Assembly: GCA_016871515.1 (NCBI GenBank)
Contig: VHDE01000005.1
Coordinates: 21,191-85,190 of the forward strand
Length of the DNA: 64,000 nucleotides
Reading direction: 5' to 3'
DNA from: Verrucomicrobiota bacterium
Lineage (GTDB): Bacteria > Verrucomicrobiota > Verrucomicrobiia > Limisphaerales > SIBE01
The position numbers and the translations under genes were made by a program. Positions within the stretch are counted from its first letter, which is position 1. Every line of letters begins with the position of its first letter. This document shows, piece after piece, positions 48,760 to 59,069 of the stretch. The notes beneath the pieces are model-generated. The model ran no database searches. It saw only the letters and a program-made list of their open reading frames with translations, and was not told the DNA's origin.

Positions 48760-50814
48760 TCAATCTTTGACTTCGATAATCTGCAACATTCCGCCGATCG
48801 GCAATTCCTTGAAAACCGTTTGCGTTTGGCCACTGGGCCAGCGCACTTCAACCGATTCCACCTTGGTGGCATCACCGAGACCAAAATAAAGCGGCAGCAA
48901 ACTTTGAGAGAGGTAGCCGGACTTGCCGTCGCTATATTGAGTCAACAGCTTGCCGCCGGCGCGAACGGTGACCGTGGCGCCAAGCCCGTCGCGATTTGAT
49001 TTAGTCCCAATCAGCTTGATTTTGAGAAACTGAACGCGCTTTTTCTCAGTGAGGTTGCTGATCAGCATTTGCGGGCGGTCATTCAGATCATTCGTTACCA
49101 GATCCAAGTCACCGTCGTTGTCGAGGTCAAACGTTGCCGATGATCGAGAGCTCAGTGTGCCGGTAATAACAAGTTTGCCAGTTTTTCCTGCGCACAATTC
49201 ATGCGTTTTGTCGCTCTCATCGCAATCGAGAGTGAACCAATTTTTTTCGATCCTTTGCCGACCGCGTGGCTCGACGCCAACGAGAAATTCGCTGTCAAGG
49301 AACTGTTCTCCACGCTCGTTTAAGAGCACAGAATTGATGGCGTAGCGAAATGGATACCCCATTCCCGCCGTCACGAACATATCTTCGTATCCATCTGCGT
49401 TGAGGTCACCGACGCTCATGCCCCACGGCCAGTAGGTCTCGACACGCAGACGCTCCGAGACTTCGACGAACTTTCCCTTGCCGAGGTTTTCGTAGAACGC
49501 GTTGCCAAAAATATTGTTCGCCGAGCCTTGCAGGTATTCCTCGGTCCATTGGATCGCGCAGTACGGCTCGCTCTTCGCCTTCTCAATATCGAGCCGGAAG
49601 TTCAGCGCCTGTTCCGTTTGCGGTTTGGTCATGTCCGAATGCATGTCGGTCACGAATAGATCCATCCGGCCGTCCTGGTTGTAATCGAAAAACTTCGCCT
49701 GCATCGAACCCCACGGTGTTTTTAGAAAGTGCGCGGCGGTCTTCTCGACAAATCCTTTGCCGCCCTGATTCTCGTGGTAACGATCGTCGCCCTGCATGTT
49801 GACGACGTAGAGATCGGGGAAACGGTCCTGGTTCAGATCGACGAAGGCCGCATCACCACTCCAACTCCCATCGCGAAGGTTCAACTCTTTGGAAACGTCC
49901 TTGAACTTCCGGCCGCCGAGGTTCCGATAAAGAATGCTGACTTCCATTCGCTCCGGAAATAGATGACCGGAGAACGCGTCTGGAAACGCAATGTAATAGC
50001 CGCCCCGCCCGCGCTCGTTGCTTGTGTAAACGCCGACGTTGGCCACAAATAGGTCCAGCAACCCGTCGTTGTCGAAATCGAAGAAAACAGCGCCCGACGA
50101 ATGCCCCACGTAATCCACGCCGGCATCTTTCGAGATGTCGCGAAAGCGGCCTTGTCCCAGATTCTCGAAGAGATGATTGCCATGACGCACGGTCGTTACA
50201 AACAGATCGGGGTCGCCATCGTTTTCAATGTCCGCGAACGAAGCGGTGACCGCTATTTGATCCGGCAAACCAACTCCGGCCTTTGCAGTGATGTTTTCAA
50301 ATCTTCCCTTGCCGAGATTCCGCCAAAGCTCGTTGGTCCCAAGTTGCGTCGTGAAATAAAGGTCGAGCAGTCCATCGCCATCCACATCTGCAACAGCCAA
50401 CCCATTGCCGTGGTCATAATGCGCCGCCTTGTACGTTTTCCCGGCGTCATCGACAATTCGATGCTCAAACGTGATCCCGCTTTCGGCGGCGCGATCTGAG
50501 AATTGGAAACCGTAGAACACCTGCGCGTTTTTGGCTGCGGCAGCCTGCTGTTGTCGCCGACTCTCGAGCAGCGTCAACGTGATGGCTGCGTCCGGCTGTG
50601 TGTCAGCCGCGCGCGCCAACAGCATATTGCTTGCAGCGAGCAGGAGCGCGGCGTTTACGCTACCGTTTACGCCGCTTCCACGCGCGAAAAAACGAGCGTG
50701 CCTGAATAGTCGCAACATGATGGCAATCCCGAAACCGCAGCGCCGTAAACGCCGCGCTCCTTTGGTTGCGAGGTCTTGCAGCTCAACCGCGAGTTTGTGC
50801 AGTGTCTGTTGCAT
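48760..50814 (-). CDS. FG-GAP/VCBS repeat protein with C-terminal ASPIC/UnbV domain (CRTAC1-like)
   Basis: The start is taken at the ATG at 50814, since the longer ORF overlaps the upstream gene. It has repeated DxDGDGxxDL calcium-type FG-GAP motifs. The C-terminus is NRDGLGATVTVRAGGKLLTQYSDGKSGYLSQSLLPLYFGLGDATKVESVEVRWPSG. Confidence 0.8.
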   Translation of the reverse strand: MQQTLHKLAVELQDLATKGARRLRRCGFGIAIMLRLFRHARFFARGSGVNGSVNAALLLAASNMLLARAADTQPDAAITLTLLESRRQQQAAAAKNAQVFYGFQFSDRAAESGITFEHRIVDDAGKTYKAAHYDHGNGLAVADVDGDGLLDLYFTTQLGTNELWRNLGKGRFENITAKAGVGLPDQIAVTASFADIENDGDPDLFVTTVRHGNHLFENLGQGRFRDISKDAGVDYVGHSSGAVFFDFDNDGLLDLFVANVGVYTSNERGRGGYYIAFPDAFSGHLFPERMEVSILYRNLGGRKFKDVSKELNLRDGSWSGDAAFVDLNQDRFPDLYVVNMQGDDRYHENQGGKGFVEKTAAHFLKTPWGSMQAKFFDYNQDGRMDLFVTDMHSDMTKPQTEQALNFRLDIEKAKSEPYCAIQWTEEYLQGSANNIFGNAFYENLGKGKFVEVSERLRVETYWPWGMSVGDLNADGYEDMFVTAGMGYPFRYAINSVLLNERGEQFLDSEFLVGVEPRGRQRIEKNWFTLDCDESDKTHELCAGKTGKLVITGTLSSRSSATFDLDNDGDLDLVTNDLNDRPQMLISNLTEKKRVQFLKIKLIGTKSNRDGLGATVTVRAGGKLLTQYSDGKSGYLSQSLLPLYFGLGDATKVESVEVRWPSGQTQTVFKELPIGGMLQIIEVKD

Positions 50815-50831
50815 ATGACGGAGTTTGCGGA

Positions 50832-53800
50832 TTAGGGGCGTCCGGCCACATTGGGGGCCCTTCGCAAAATCGTCGGTGACTCCGCAGGCACGCTCACGCG
50901 CTCGATGACTCCGCCAGGCCATCGTATCTCCAGTGCTTCGATGTCCTTCACGCGCCCGACAATGATGTCGGTGGAGTCCTGCGACCAATAGCCGGCGCCC
51001 AGACGAATCTCGTGAGTCGGCCCCATCGAGCCGCCGCGAAATACTGGCCTTATGATTGCGCCGACAGCATGCGGGTTCTCCCGCGAACCTTCGAGATGCA
51101 CCCGCAATCCCGGCTCTGCGCGGATGTTTCGATAAAGCTTGGTGGCATCGCGATTCTGTCCAACCGCAATATCGAGGCGCCCGTCATGGTTGAAATCAGC
51201 GAGCGCAACGCCGCGAGCCTCACCGCCAATCTCAAATCCACTCTCCGCTGGCGAAGAGGCGGCAAAATTCCCGCGGCCATCGCCGCGCAACCACAGTCCG
51301 CAACCCGCATCCAGCCGGCTTTCCGACGCGGCTACGCCAAAGAAATTCTGCGCCAGAAAAAGGTCCTGGTCTCCGTCGCCATCGAGTTCACCCGCAGCAA
51401 TGCCAAAGACCGGAGAGAACTGCGCTTCAACAGGAAGCCGCCGCACATCGAAGTGCTCGCCGCGATTGAGCAAGACAACCGAGTCAAGCGAGGCAACGCT
51501 CATTCCATTCATTGACAGCAAGCCTGCATCCAGAATTTCAGGAATAGCGGCGGCGCTGAACGTGGCAAAGTTTGGGAAGCGTTCGCGCAGCCTGGGAAAC
51601 ACAGCGCCCAACGCACCCCAATCGCGCGCTGGAACGAGCTTCCTCGAAGCGGAATCGTAATAAGCTTCGACCAGGGCTAGCCCCGCGGCGCCGCGCGTCG
51701 CTCCGAAATACAGATGCAGCGGTTTGCTCAGGAATCGCTGACGAGACGTATTTCGCCCCCAATTTCCTGCGACGAGATCGAGCCGCCCATCGCCGTCGAA
51801 ATCTCCTCCCGCGACGCTGTTCCACCAGCCAGTGAACTCGGCGAGTGTTGGCTGTTCAATGCTAGATGATCCAGGGCTTTGGCCGCTCAGCGGCACATCC
51901 CATGCAACAAGTTTGCCGCGTTCATTTCGAAAAATCCGCAAAGGTCCCCACTCGCATGCGAGAACAAGTTCAGGCCAGCCATCACCGGTGAGATCGGCAA
52001 ACAAAGCGCCGCTGACCAGTCCGATATTTGCCAGTGGCCGGCTGGCATCGACATCAAAACGCAAGTGGCCGCTTTCATTGCGCAACATGGCCGACGACGC
52101 AGGTTCAGGATAGCGGCCCGCGATGACGCGGCTTCCGACGAACAAGTCCAAATCGCCATCTTGGTCAATGTCCGCCAGGGCGAGTGGTCCGGTGCTGCTT
52201 GCCGAACGCAACAAGTCTTCATTCGCTGTTCCCGTCACAACCGAAAACTCGCGGACCGAAGGGCCGTTCGTCGCCCCCGCCTCATAATTCGCGAGGCCGA
52301 GCAGCAACACCAGATTGGTGGCATTACGGCGCCAGCCCAGCACTGTAGTGAGGTCTTGCTCGGCCGGAACCTCAAACGCCTTCGCGCGCTGGCGAACGAA
52401 CCGGCCTTGGCCATCATTGCGGAACACGCCGAGGCGTCCACCGCGTCCGGCGCCGATAAACAAATCGTCCCATCCATCACCGTTAAAATCGCACCAAGTT
52501 ACTCCTGGTCCGAGATCACTGAATTTGCGGGGCAACAAAGGCTGGCGGGCGAAATCGTCAAATGGTTCGTCCACATGCTGGTGCCCAAGCAAATGACTAA
52601 CGTCCTCGAAGAAAGGTGTTGTCTCGGAATCCAAGTCGCGCGGCTTGGCAATCAACGCAACGGATTCGTCCAGTTCAAAGACGTGATTGGCTGGCGCATT
52701 CGTGATCATGCTTCGCCTTCCATTCCGCCACGTAACTTCGATGGTGAGACGATTCGTCGCGTTTCCAGCAGCGAAGGATCGCACGAAATCATCGCTCGAA
52801 AGGTAACGTCCGCCACAGATGAATTCCTGGCTCTGTGCTGGCAAGGCCGGCGTTAGGACGCGAACTTTTGCGCCAACACCGCGTGTGTTGGGTGGAAGAC
52901 CGCGCAAGCACACCGCGACTCGCGGGGCAGATGAGTCATTGCGATACACAAGCGGCGGATCGTTGAGGCAATGAATGATCGCGTCGAGGTCTCCGTCATT
53001 ATCGAGATCGGCCAGCGCCATGCCATGGGAGGTTTGACGCGAGTCGAAACCCCACACGCTGCGCGTGTCTTCGAAGGTTAAGTCGCCGCGATTGCGAAAC
53101 GCTGCGTTAGGAGTGTCCAGGCGCGGAAAGCGTTTGCGCAAGCGAAGCTGATCGATGGCCGAAAGGTTTTTCTTTAGCTCATCGATTTCACGAGCAATGT
53201 CGGCGTGCTGCAGATCGCGCCAGTGGCCGGTTGTGACGAGCAGGTCTTCGTAACCGTCGAGGTCGACATCGAGAAAGGCCGGACACCAGGACCAATCGGA
53301 GGCATCGAGCCCGGCCAGCCGGGCGACTTCGGCATAGGCGCCGTTGCCGCGGTTGCGGAAGAGAGTATTGCGCGGAGATTGGGGCCGGTCATCGGATGTA
53401 TTGCGAACTTGCGCGAAGGCCACCGCATCCATGACCTGAACTTGCCGCCGGGCGTGCTCGCGGCTGAGCATGTCGGCAACAAAAAAGTCGTCGTGGCCAT
53501 CGCGATCAACGTCGGCGAAATCCACTCCCATCGAGAAAAGGCTGGTTTGCCTGATCGCAGGTCGCGCCAATGCGCGGAATCGGCCGCGTCCGTCATTGAT
53601 CCAGATGCGGTCCGGCGACTGAAAATCGTTGCAGACGTACAAATCCGGCGCGCCATCGCCATTGATGTCGCGAAACATTGCCGACAATCCCCAGTCGTAA
53701 GGCGTACGGGCGGGCATGCCGCGCTCGTCGAGGAAAGCGCCGTTCGTCCAACTCACCGGCACGAAACGGCCATTGCCGGCATTGCGATAGAGGACGTCTG

Positions 53801-54566
53801 CTTCACCGTTTTCAAGAACGCCGCCCGCTCGATCGAAAGTGAATCGATTCGCCAGGCCGGGAGTAGTGGCGGGCTGTCCGTTAAACGAGAGAAGCTGGTA
53901 GACTCCATTCGTGACGCGGAGGTTGAAACGCGGGTCTGGCATGTCACGCATCGTGTCATTGCGGTAATTAACGACGTAAAGATCGAGCAAGCCATCGCGA
54001 TCGATATCAGCCAAAGCCATCGACATACTGCCACTGCCGCCGCGCAAACCCGACGTCTCTGTGGCCTCGCGAAACTTTCCCTGGCCATCGTTAAGAAAAA
54101 GGCGCGTGCCTCGTGCTATGCCATTGACGAGCAGATCGAGATTGCCATCGCCATCGATGTCGGCAAATGTGGCGCCGGTCGAGGCTTGGCCGGCGCACGA
54201 AACACCGGCGGTCGCTGTGATGTCGGCAAAGCGCCAGCGGCCGAGATTGCGATAGAGCGCGTTGCGCGAATCCAAGCCGCAAAAATAGAGATCACAAAGC
54301 CCATCGCCGTCGATGTCACCGGCGGCCACTCCGGAGCCGTTTAGGAAAATCTGATTCGTAAGAGACTTCTCTTCGCTGAGCAGATTGGTGAAGTTAATCC
54401 CGGAAATCGCCGGGCTGATCTCTGTAAAGCCCGCCTTTCCCGCCGAAGGGACCACCAATGGCGCGCGACGATGTCCTTCGAGTTGTTGCCAGCTCAGCGC
54501 GGCTGCCACCAACTCTAACGAGCCTGCGAGAGCGAGCCAGCAACCTATTAGGGAACGATGGAACAC
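50832..54566 (-). CDS. Large FG-GAP/VCBS repeat protein with two ASPIC/UnbV-like domains
   Basis: 1244 aa with a GTG start, a signal peptide and many FG-GAP repeats (DIDGDGLCDLYF, DIDGDGNLDLLV, DINGDGAPDLYV ...). ASPIC-like segments are GVGAKVRV...GGRYLSSDD and AVGAIIRPV...GAGYWSQDS. Confidence 0.8.
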   Translation of the reverse strand: MFHRSLIGCWLALAGSLELVAAALSWQQLEGHRRAPLVVPSAGKAGFTEISPAISGINFTNLLSEEKSLTNQIFLNGSGVAAGDIDGDGLCDLYFCGLDSRNALYRNLGRWRFADITATAGVSCAGQASTGATFADIDGDGNLDLLVNGIARGTRLFLNDGQGKFREATETSGLRGGSGSMSMALADIDRDGLLDLYVVNYRNDTMRDMPDPRFNLRVTNGVYQLLSFNGQPATTPGLANRFTFDRAGGVLENGEADVLYRNAGNGRFVPVSWTNGAFLDERGMPARTPYDWGLSAMFRDINGDGAPDLYVCNDFQSPDRIWINDGRGRFRALARPAIRQTSLFSMGVDFADVDRDGHDDFFVADMLSREHARRQVQVMDAVAFAQVRNTSDDRPQSPRNTLFRNRGNGAYAEVARLAGLDASDWSWCPAFLDVDLDGYEDLLVTTGHWRDLQHADIAREIDELKKNLSAIDQLRLRKRFPRLDTPNAAFRNRGDLTFEDTRSVWGFDSRQTSHGMALADLDNDGDLDAIIHCLNDPPLVYRNDSSAPRVAVCLRGLPPNTRGVGAKVRVLTPALPAQSQEFICGGRYLSSDDFVRSFAAGNATNRLTIEVTWRNGRRSMITNAPANHVFELDESVALIAKPRDLDSETTPFFEDVSHLLGHQHVDEPFDDFARQPLLPRKFSDLGPGVTWCDFNGDGWDDLFIGAGRGGRLGVFRNDGQGRFVRQRAKAFEVPAEQDLTTVLGWRRNATNLVLLLGLANYEAGATNGPSVREFSVVTGTANEDLLRSASSTGPLALADIDQDGDLDLFVGSRVIAGRYPEPASSAMLRNESGHLRFDVDASRPLANIGLVSGALFADLTGDGWPELVLACEWGPLRIFRNERGKLVAWDVPLSGQSPGSSSIEQPTLAEFTGWWNSVAGGDFDGDGRLDLVAGNWGRNTSRQRFLSKPLHLYFGATRGAAGLALVEAYYDSASRKLVPARDWGALGAVFPRLRERFPNFATFSAAAIPEILDAGLLSMNGMSVASLDSVVLLNRGEHFDVRRLPVEAQFSPVFGIAAGELDGDGDQDLFLAQNFFGVAASESRLDAGCGLWLRGDGRGNFAASSPAESGFEIGGEARGVALADFNHDGRLDIAVGQNRDATKLYRNIRAEPGLRVHLEGSRENPHAVGAIIRPVFRGGSMGPTHEIRLGAGYWSQDSTDIIVGRVKDIEALEIRWPGGVIERVSVPAESPTILRRAPNVAGRP

Positions 54567-54670
54567 AGCGCTGAAATAGTAGCTGTTGCAGCAGTCGGTG
54601 TATAGAGGCGGTTCTGCTGACGTGACAGGTCCGACACAACTGCCGAGGCATTCTTTCTCGCGTCAGCGTC

Positions 54671-54746
54671 TTGGACTGCGGCAGTCCTCTGCCGCTTTGG
54701 GAGTCCCCTGACCCGTCGAAAGCGCCAGAGGACTGGCGCAATCCAA
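54671..54746. repeat. REPIN-like doublet, family I (unit TTGGAYTGCGSCAGTCCTCTGSCGCTTT)
   Basis: ttggactgcggcagtcctctgccgcttt (54671-54698) matches the reverse complement of aaagcgccagaggactggcgcaatccaa (54719-54746). Each unit has a 7-bp-stem hairpin (gcggcag tcct ctgccgc). Confidence 0.8.
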
Positions 54747-54788
54747 AACCTGGCGGCCTTTGGGCGGCCGCTTGAAGACAAAGAAGGC

Positions 54789-57700
54789 TTACTGCCGAAG
54801 ACGATAAAATCTTTTGGCGCCTTGCACAGGAGCGGTGAGCGACTTGCCGGTGGGCACCGGCGTCACGTTCTGCCAGTTGGATGGCGAGATGGAATCGCTA
54901 AATTGCAAAGCTCCCTCTCCAGTCCAGGAAATGACGATGTTGGCGCCTTGCACAGCAGCCGTAAGACGGCCTGGTGGCGCAGCTCCCACACCGCCGCTAA
55001 TCTTGGCGTTGTCGAAGTAACCGCGCACAACATCGCCGCCTGCCCGAACGTATGCGCCCAAGCCAAAGGTCAGTCCTTGCGAATACGCAAAGGGAACCTC
55101 CGCGCCGAACACATCATCCAGGAAAAGCTTCACGGTCGCGCCATTCGCCACAATCTTCATGCGATGGTTCTTTAGGTCGTTGAAACGCGCCGCATCGAAG
55201 ACCGCAATATTGACTCCAGCATCCGTTGGGTTGTCATCGGCTTGGCCGGTTACTTTGTTGTAACGCCAGCCAAAATTGTTGCCGTCGTGCGCTGCGTGTT
55301 CGTTAAAAAACACGAAGTTTCCAGCGGGTTCTTTGATCCAAATGCCCGCGCGTTGCCTCGCGCCGGTGCCAGTGACAAGCACGAAATCCAGCAGCGTTCG
55401 ATCAATCTCGAATGTCACCGGTGCAGTTGCCGCCGCCGTGTATTTGTTCGCGGTGAAAAGCGCGAAGCCGGGCCACGCGGCGCTTTCGACGGTGACGTCG
55501 ATCTTCACCTGTCCATTCGCCACGGTCAGCGCAGATTCGGGAGTGGCCGTGCCAGTGTCGAACGCAGTCGAGTCCAGAACCCATTTGGCAGGATCAAAGG
55601 CATTTCCCGAAAACTCGTCCGTCAGGAGAACCTGCGGCGTGGCGACCACCTCCACCGACAATGAGCCAGCGACGCAGTTCGCAGGCGTGCTGGCGATTTC
55701 GAAAGTTGTCGATCCCAAACCAACCGGAGTGACAGTAATGTTCTGTGCATTCGGAGCGCCAGCCGCGAAATTCAAATTTAACACGCCATTAACAGCGCCC
55801 GCCGGAACGGCAACCGCCGGATTGCGGCTGGTGATTGTCACCGTCGCGGCCGCGGCGTCGTTGACCAATTGCGGAATCGTGACGGCGACCTGTTTGCCGG
55901 CGTCGGATTGTGTCATCGACACGCTTTGCTCTGAGAAGCTCGAACACGGGAGCACATATTGGATTTTGACGTTGTCAAATTTGCCGAGCACTGTATCGCC
56001 AGTCGCGCGAGCGTACGCGCCGAACTCCACGAAAACACCCGACGCGACCTCGAACGGGAACTTCCCGCCCGAGAGACCATCGAGAAAGACTTCGACGCTG
56101 CTGCCATCGGCCACGAGCTTCATCTTGTGCAGTCCCGCGTCTTGGTCGAGCGCGTCGAACACCGCAATGTTGTTGCCACCACCGGTGGCGCTGCCGGGAT
56201 TCACGTTTACTTGCCAGCCATTCTCACCGAGGTTGTGAGCGAAGAGCACATAGCGAGAGCGGTCGCCTGTCGTGAGGTACACACCGGTTCGGCCGGCGGA
56301 ACCAGCTTGCTCGATCGACGTTCGATCGACTTCCACCATGAGATTCAAATCTTTGAGAGCGACGTAACTCTTGGCTGTCTTCAACGAGGAACCAGACCAG
56401 AAGTCAGATTCTCCGGCGCCACTGATGTTCAGCGCACCGCCAGTTTGGGTCACGGTGTAGGTTCCTGTGCCAACCTCGAAGGGACGATTCGAACTTTGCC
56501 ACTTGGCATTGTCAATGGTTCCGGCTGCAAAGTTTTCTTCCAAAACCACGCCAGGACCGGAAATGACCACGACCGTCAAGCTGTTCGCGGCGGGCAAGTC
56601 TCCTTCAGCCGAAAGCCGAGCATTACCCAAGGCCACGCCGCGGACCCGAAAAGTTGCCGTATTGGCGCCGCCGGCAGGGAACGTGATGTTCAACGCCCCA
56701 CCAGTTCCTCCTTCCGGCGCCGCAATGGCTGGATCGCTGCTGACCACCCTTACCTGAACGGGGCCCTGGGAGTTCCGGCCTTGTGGAATTCGCACCGTGA
56801 TTGGGGGACTGAGTTGGCCGACGCGTGCGCTGGCCGCTGTCGGGGCAAACGTCGTGCCGCCTGTGGTGATAACGCTGAGATTGTCCCAAGTCGTATCCGC
56901 AGTGTCATTGTTGGCGCGCGCATACGAACCGAACTCAAAAATGACGGGGGAGAACGGAAACTTCACCTCGGCGCCCTGAATCCCATCCAGCAGTAACTTC
57001 ACCGTTTTGCCATCAGCAATCATGCTCATCTTGTGCAAACCGCCATCATCGAACGTTCCACCATTGAACGCGGCAATATCGGTGCCGCTGCCGGTGGGCA
57101 CGTCGCCCGTTTCGCCAATCTTGCGATTGTATCGCCAGCCACCCTCGGCCCGAACGTCAGCGAAAAGGACGTAACTGGTTTTCGCCTCGTTAAGAATCCA
57201 CAAGGCGCTTCGTGAAGCCGTGCCGACGCCTGCTTCAGCCACGCGATCTATACTGAGCGTTATCGTCTCCGACTCGGATGGCGCAAAGGTCGGCACAAGA
57301 CGGAGCGTGCCGCCCGACCACCATTGTTTACTCGTCGTGCCAACGAATTTCATCACTCCACCACCTGCCACAGCATGGATGTCGCCCGTGCCCCCCTCAA
57401 AGAACGGCGCATCAGCTTGATATTTTGCCGGATCAATTGCGTTGGACGAAAAGTCATCCGAGAACACCTGGATCGTATCCGGGACTACGGTCTCGACTTT
57501 GATGTTATCCCACGTGGTATCAGCCGTGTCGTTGTTGGCCCGGGCGTAACTGCCAAACTCAAAGATCACCTTAGAAAACGGGAACTTGACTTCGGCCCCC
57601 ACCTGCCCGTCCAGCAATAGCTTCACCGTCTTGCCGTTGGCAATCATCTGCATCCGGTGCAAGCCGCCATTGTCAAAAGTCCCGCCGTTGAAAGCTGCGA

Positions 57701-58835
57701 TGTCAGTTCCGCTGCCGGTCGGCACGTCGCCAGGCTCGCCAATCTTGCGATTGAAACGCCAGCCGCCTTCCCCGCGAACGTCGGCGAACAGCACGTATTT
57801 ATCTTTGGTTTCATTGAGGATCCACAAAGCGCTGCGCGAGGCCGTTCCGACGCCGGCTTCGGCGACTCGATCCACGCTGATCGCGACGGGAGTGGCTTCC
57901 GTCGCCGTGAAGGCTGGCACGATGCGCAACGTTCCGCCGGACCACCATTGCTGGCTGGTTGTTCCGACGAACTTCATGACGCCGCCGCCTGCCTCGGCGT
58001 GGATGTCCCCTTTGCCGCCTTCGAAGAAGGGAGCATCCGCCTGATACTTGGCGGCATCAATGTTGTTCGCTGTAAAATCGTCCTGGAAAACGACGGCCGT
58101 CTTGAGATTGGTTTCGATTTTTAGATTATCCCACGTGGTGTCTGCGGTGTCGTTGTTGGCGCGCGCGTAACTGCCAAACTGGAAGATCACTTTCGAGAAC
58201 GGAAACTTCACCTCCACTCCGACTTGCCCGTCGAGCATCAGTTTTACGGTCTGGCCGTTCGCCACCATTTGCATCCGGTGCAAACCGCCATCGTCAAATG
58301 TCCCGCCATTGAAGGCGCCGATGTCCGTGCCGCTGCCGGTGGGCACGTCACCCGTCTCGCCGATTTTTCGGTTGAAGCGCCAACCGCCCTCGCCGCGCAC
58401 ATCGGCGAACAAGACGTATTTATCTTTCGCCTCGTTAAGAATCCACAGCGCGCTGCGCGAAGCAGTCCCGACACCGGCTTCAGAAACGCGATCGAGGGAG
58501 ATCGTCACGGGCGTCGCTTCGGTAGCATTGAAAGTCGGAGCGATTCGCAGAGTGCCGCCCGACCACCATTGCTGGCTCGTGGTGCCAACGAACTTGATGA
58601 CCCCACCGCCGACTTCAGCGTGGATATCACCTTTGCCGCCTTCGAAGAACGGCGCGTCCGGCTGGTATTTGGCGGGATCGATGGTGTTGGCAGAGAAGTC
58701 GTCCTGAAAGACAACGGTCGAGATTTGGGCTGAAACCAACGGCGCCCATAAGGTGAGCAGAAGCAACGCGAAGGGAAGTTTCAGGGGCAGCTTCGGACCG
58801 GTTGTTGATTGATTATGCATTACTGGTTGGTTCAT
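54789..58835 (-). CDS. Exported protein built from five lectin/LamG-like (concanavalin-fold-like) modules, two Ig-like spacers and a C-terminal FYR-type module
   Basis: The start is taken at the ATG at 58835 (MNQPVMHNQSTTGPKLPLKLPFALLLLTLWAPLVSAQ, a signal peptide). The track ORF start at 59078 lies inside a palindrome. Three near-identical modules of about 207 aa are followed by two diverged ones, all sharing D.F....D..K......F......GG....G.....WSG..L...........VLFA......W.....G..........F.......H.M......G..V...LDG.......F......F..G.YAR. It ends KRFYRLRQ. Confidence 0.75.
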   Translation of the reverse strand: MNQPVMHNQSTTGPKLPLKLPFALLLLTLWAPLVSAQISTVVFQDDFSANTIDPAKYQPDAPFFEGGKGDIHAEVGGGVIKFVGTTSQQWWSGGTLRIAPTFNATEATPVTISLDRVSEAGVGTASRSALWILNEAKDKYVLFADVRGEGGWRFNRKIGETGDVPTGSGTDIGAFNGGTFDDGGLHRMQMVANGQTVKLMLDGQVGVEVKFPFSKVIFQFGSYARANNDTADTTWDNLKIETNLKTAVVFQDDFTANNIDAAKYQADAPFFEGGKGDIHAEAGGGVMKFVGTTSQQWWSGGTLRIVPAFTATEATPVAISVDRVAEAGVGTASRSALWILNETKDKYVLFADVRGEGGWRFNRKIGEPGDVPTGSGTDIAAFNGGTFDNGGLHRMQMIANGKTVKLLLDGQVGAEVKFPFSKVIFEFGSYARANNDTADTTWDNIKVETVVPDTIQVFSDDFSSNAIDPAKYQADAPFFEGGTGDIHAVAGGGVMKFVGTTSKQWWSGGTLRLVPTFAPSESETITLSIDRVAEAGVGTASRSALWILNEAKTSYVLFADVRAEGGWRYNRKIGETGDVPTGSGTDIAAFNGGTFDDGGLHKMSMIADGKTVKLLLDGIQGAEVKFPFSPVIFEFGSYARANNDTADTTWDNLSVITTGGTTFAPTAASARVGQLSPPITVRIPQGRNSQGPVQVRVVSSDPAIAAPEGGTGGALNITFPAGGANTATFRVRGVALGNARLSAEGDLPAANSLTVVVISGPGVVLEENFAAGTIDNAKWQSSNRPFEVGTGTYTVTQTGGALNISGAGESDFWSGSSLKTAKSYVALKDLNLMVEVDRTSIEQAGSAGRTGVYLTTGDRSRYVLFAHNLGENGWQVNVNPGSATGGGNNIAVFDALDQDAGLHKMKLVADGSSVEVFLDGLSGGKFPFEVASGVFVEFGAYARATGDTVLGKFDNVKIQYVLPCSSFSEQSVSMTQSDAGKQVAVTIPQLVNDAAAATVTITSRNPAVAVPAGAVNGVLNLNFAAGAPNAQNITVTPVGLGSTTFEIASTPANCVAGSLSVEVVATPQVLLTDEFSGNAFDPAKWVLDSTAFDTGTATPESALTVANGQVKIDVTVESAAWPGFALFTANKYTAAATAPVTFEIDRTLLDFVLVTGTGARQRAGIWIKEPAGNFVFFNEHAAHDGNNFGWRYNKVTGQADDNPTDAGVNIAVFDAARFNDLKNHRMKIVANGATVKLFLDDVFGAEVPFAYSQGLTFGLGAYVRAGGDVVRGYFDNAKISGGVGAAPPGRLTAAVQGANIVISWTGEGALQFSDSISPSNWQNVTPVPTGKSLTAPVQGAKRFYRLRQ
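56850..58715. repeat. Intragenic tandem repeat, 3 units of 621-624 bp
   Basis: The same landmark (ttaaga/ttgagg of the WILNE codons) recurs at 58435, 57814 and 57190. The units encode nearly identical protein but differ at many third-codon positions. Confidence 0.85.
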
Positions 58836-59069
58836 AGCTCTACGTGTTTTACCTTTGTCTGCTCCGACACGGACACTGTCTCCGTCTCCATGGTTTGACT
58901 GGCGATAGCACGGCTTAATTTCCAAGCGCCTTGACCATGGGTCTGTGATCAAAACGCAAGAATAAATGAAGGCAGCATTCATGGCTGCTCTTACTTGCAA
59001 AACAGACCTACGGGATGTGTGGATAAAAAACGAAAGAGATGCCTCCGTCAAGATTATTGATGATTCTTT

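Noticed and set aside
51012-56996. Long plus-strand ORFs (51879-52856 at 325 aa, 53205-54344 at 379 aa, 55276-56238 at 320 aa, 55959-56996 at 345 aa, and others)
   Set aside because: They are antisense to the FG-GAP and lectin-repeat genes, whose products have strong repeated motifs. The antisense products are low-complexity and Arg/Ala-rich.
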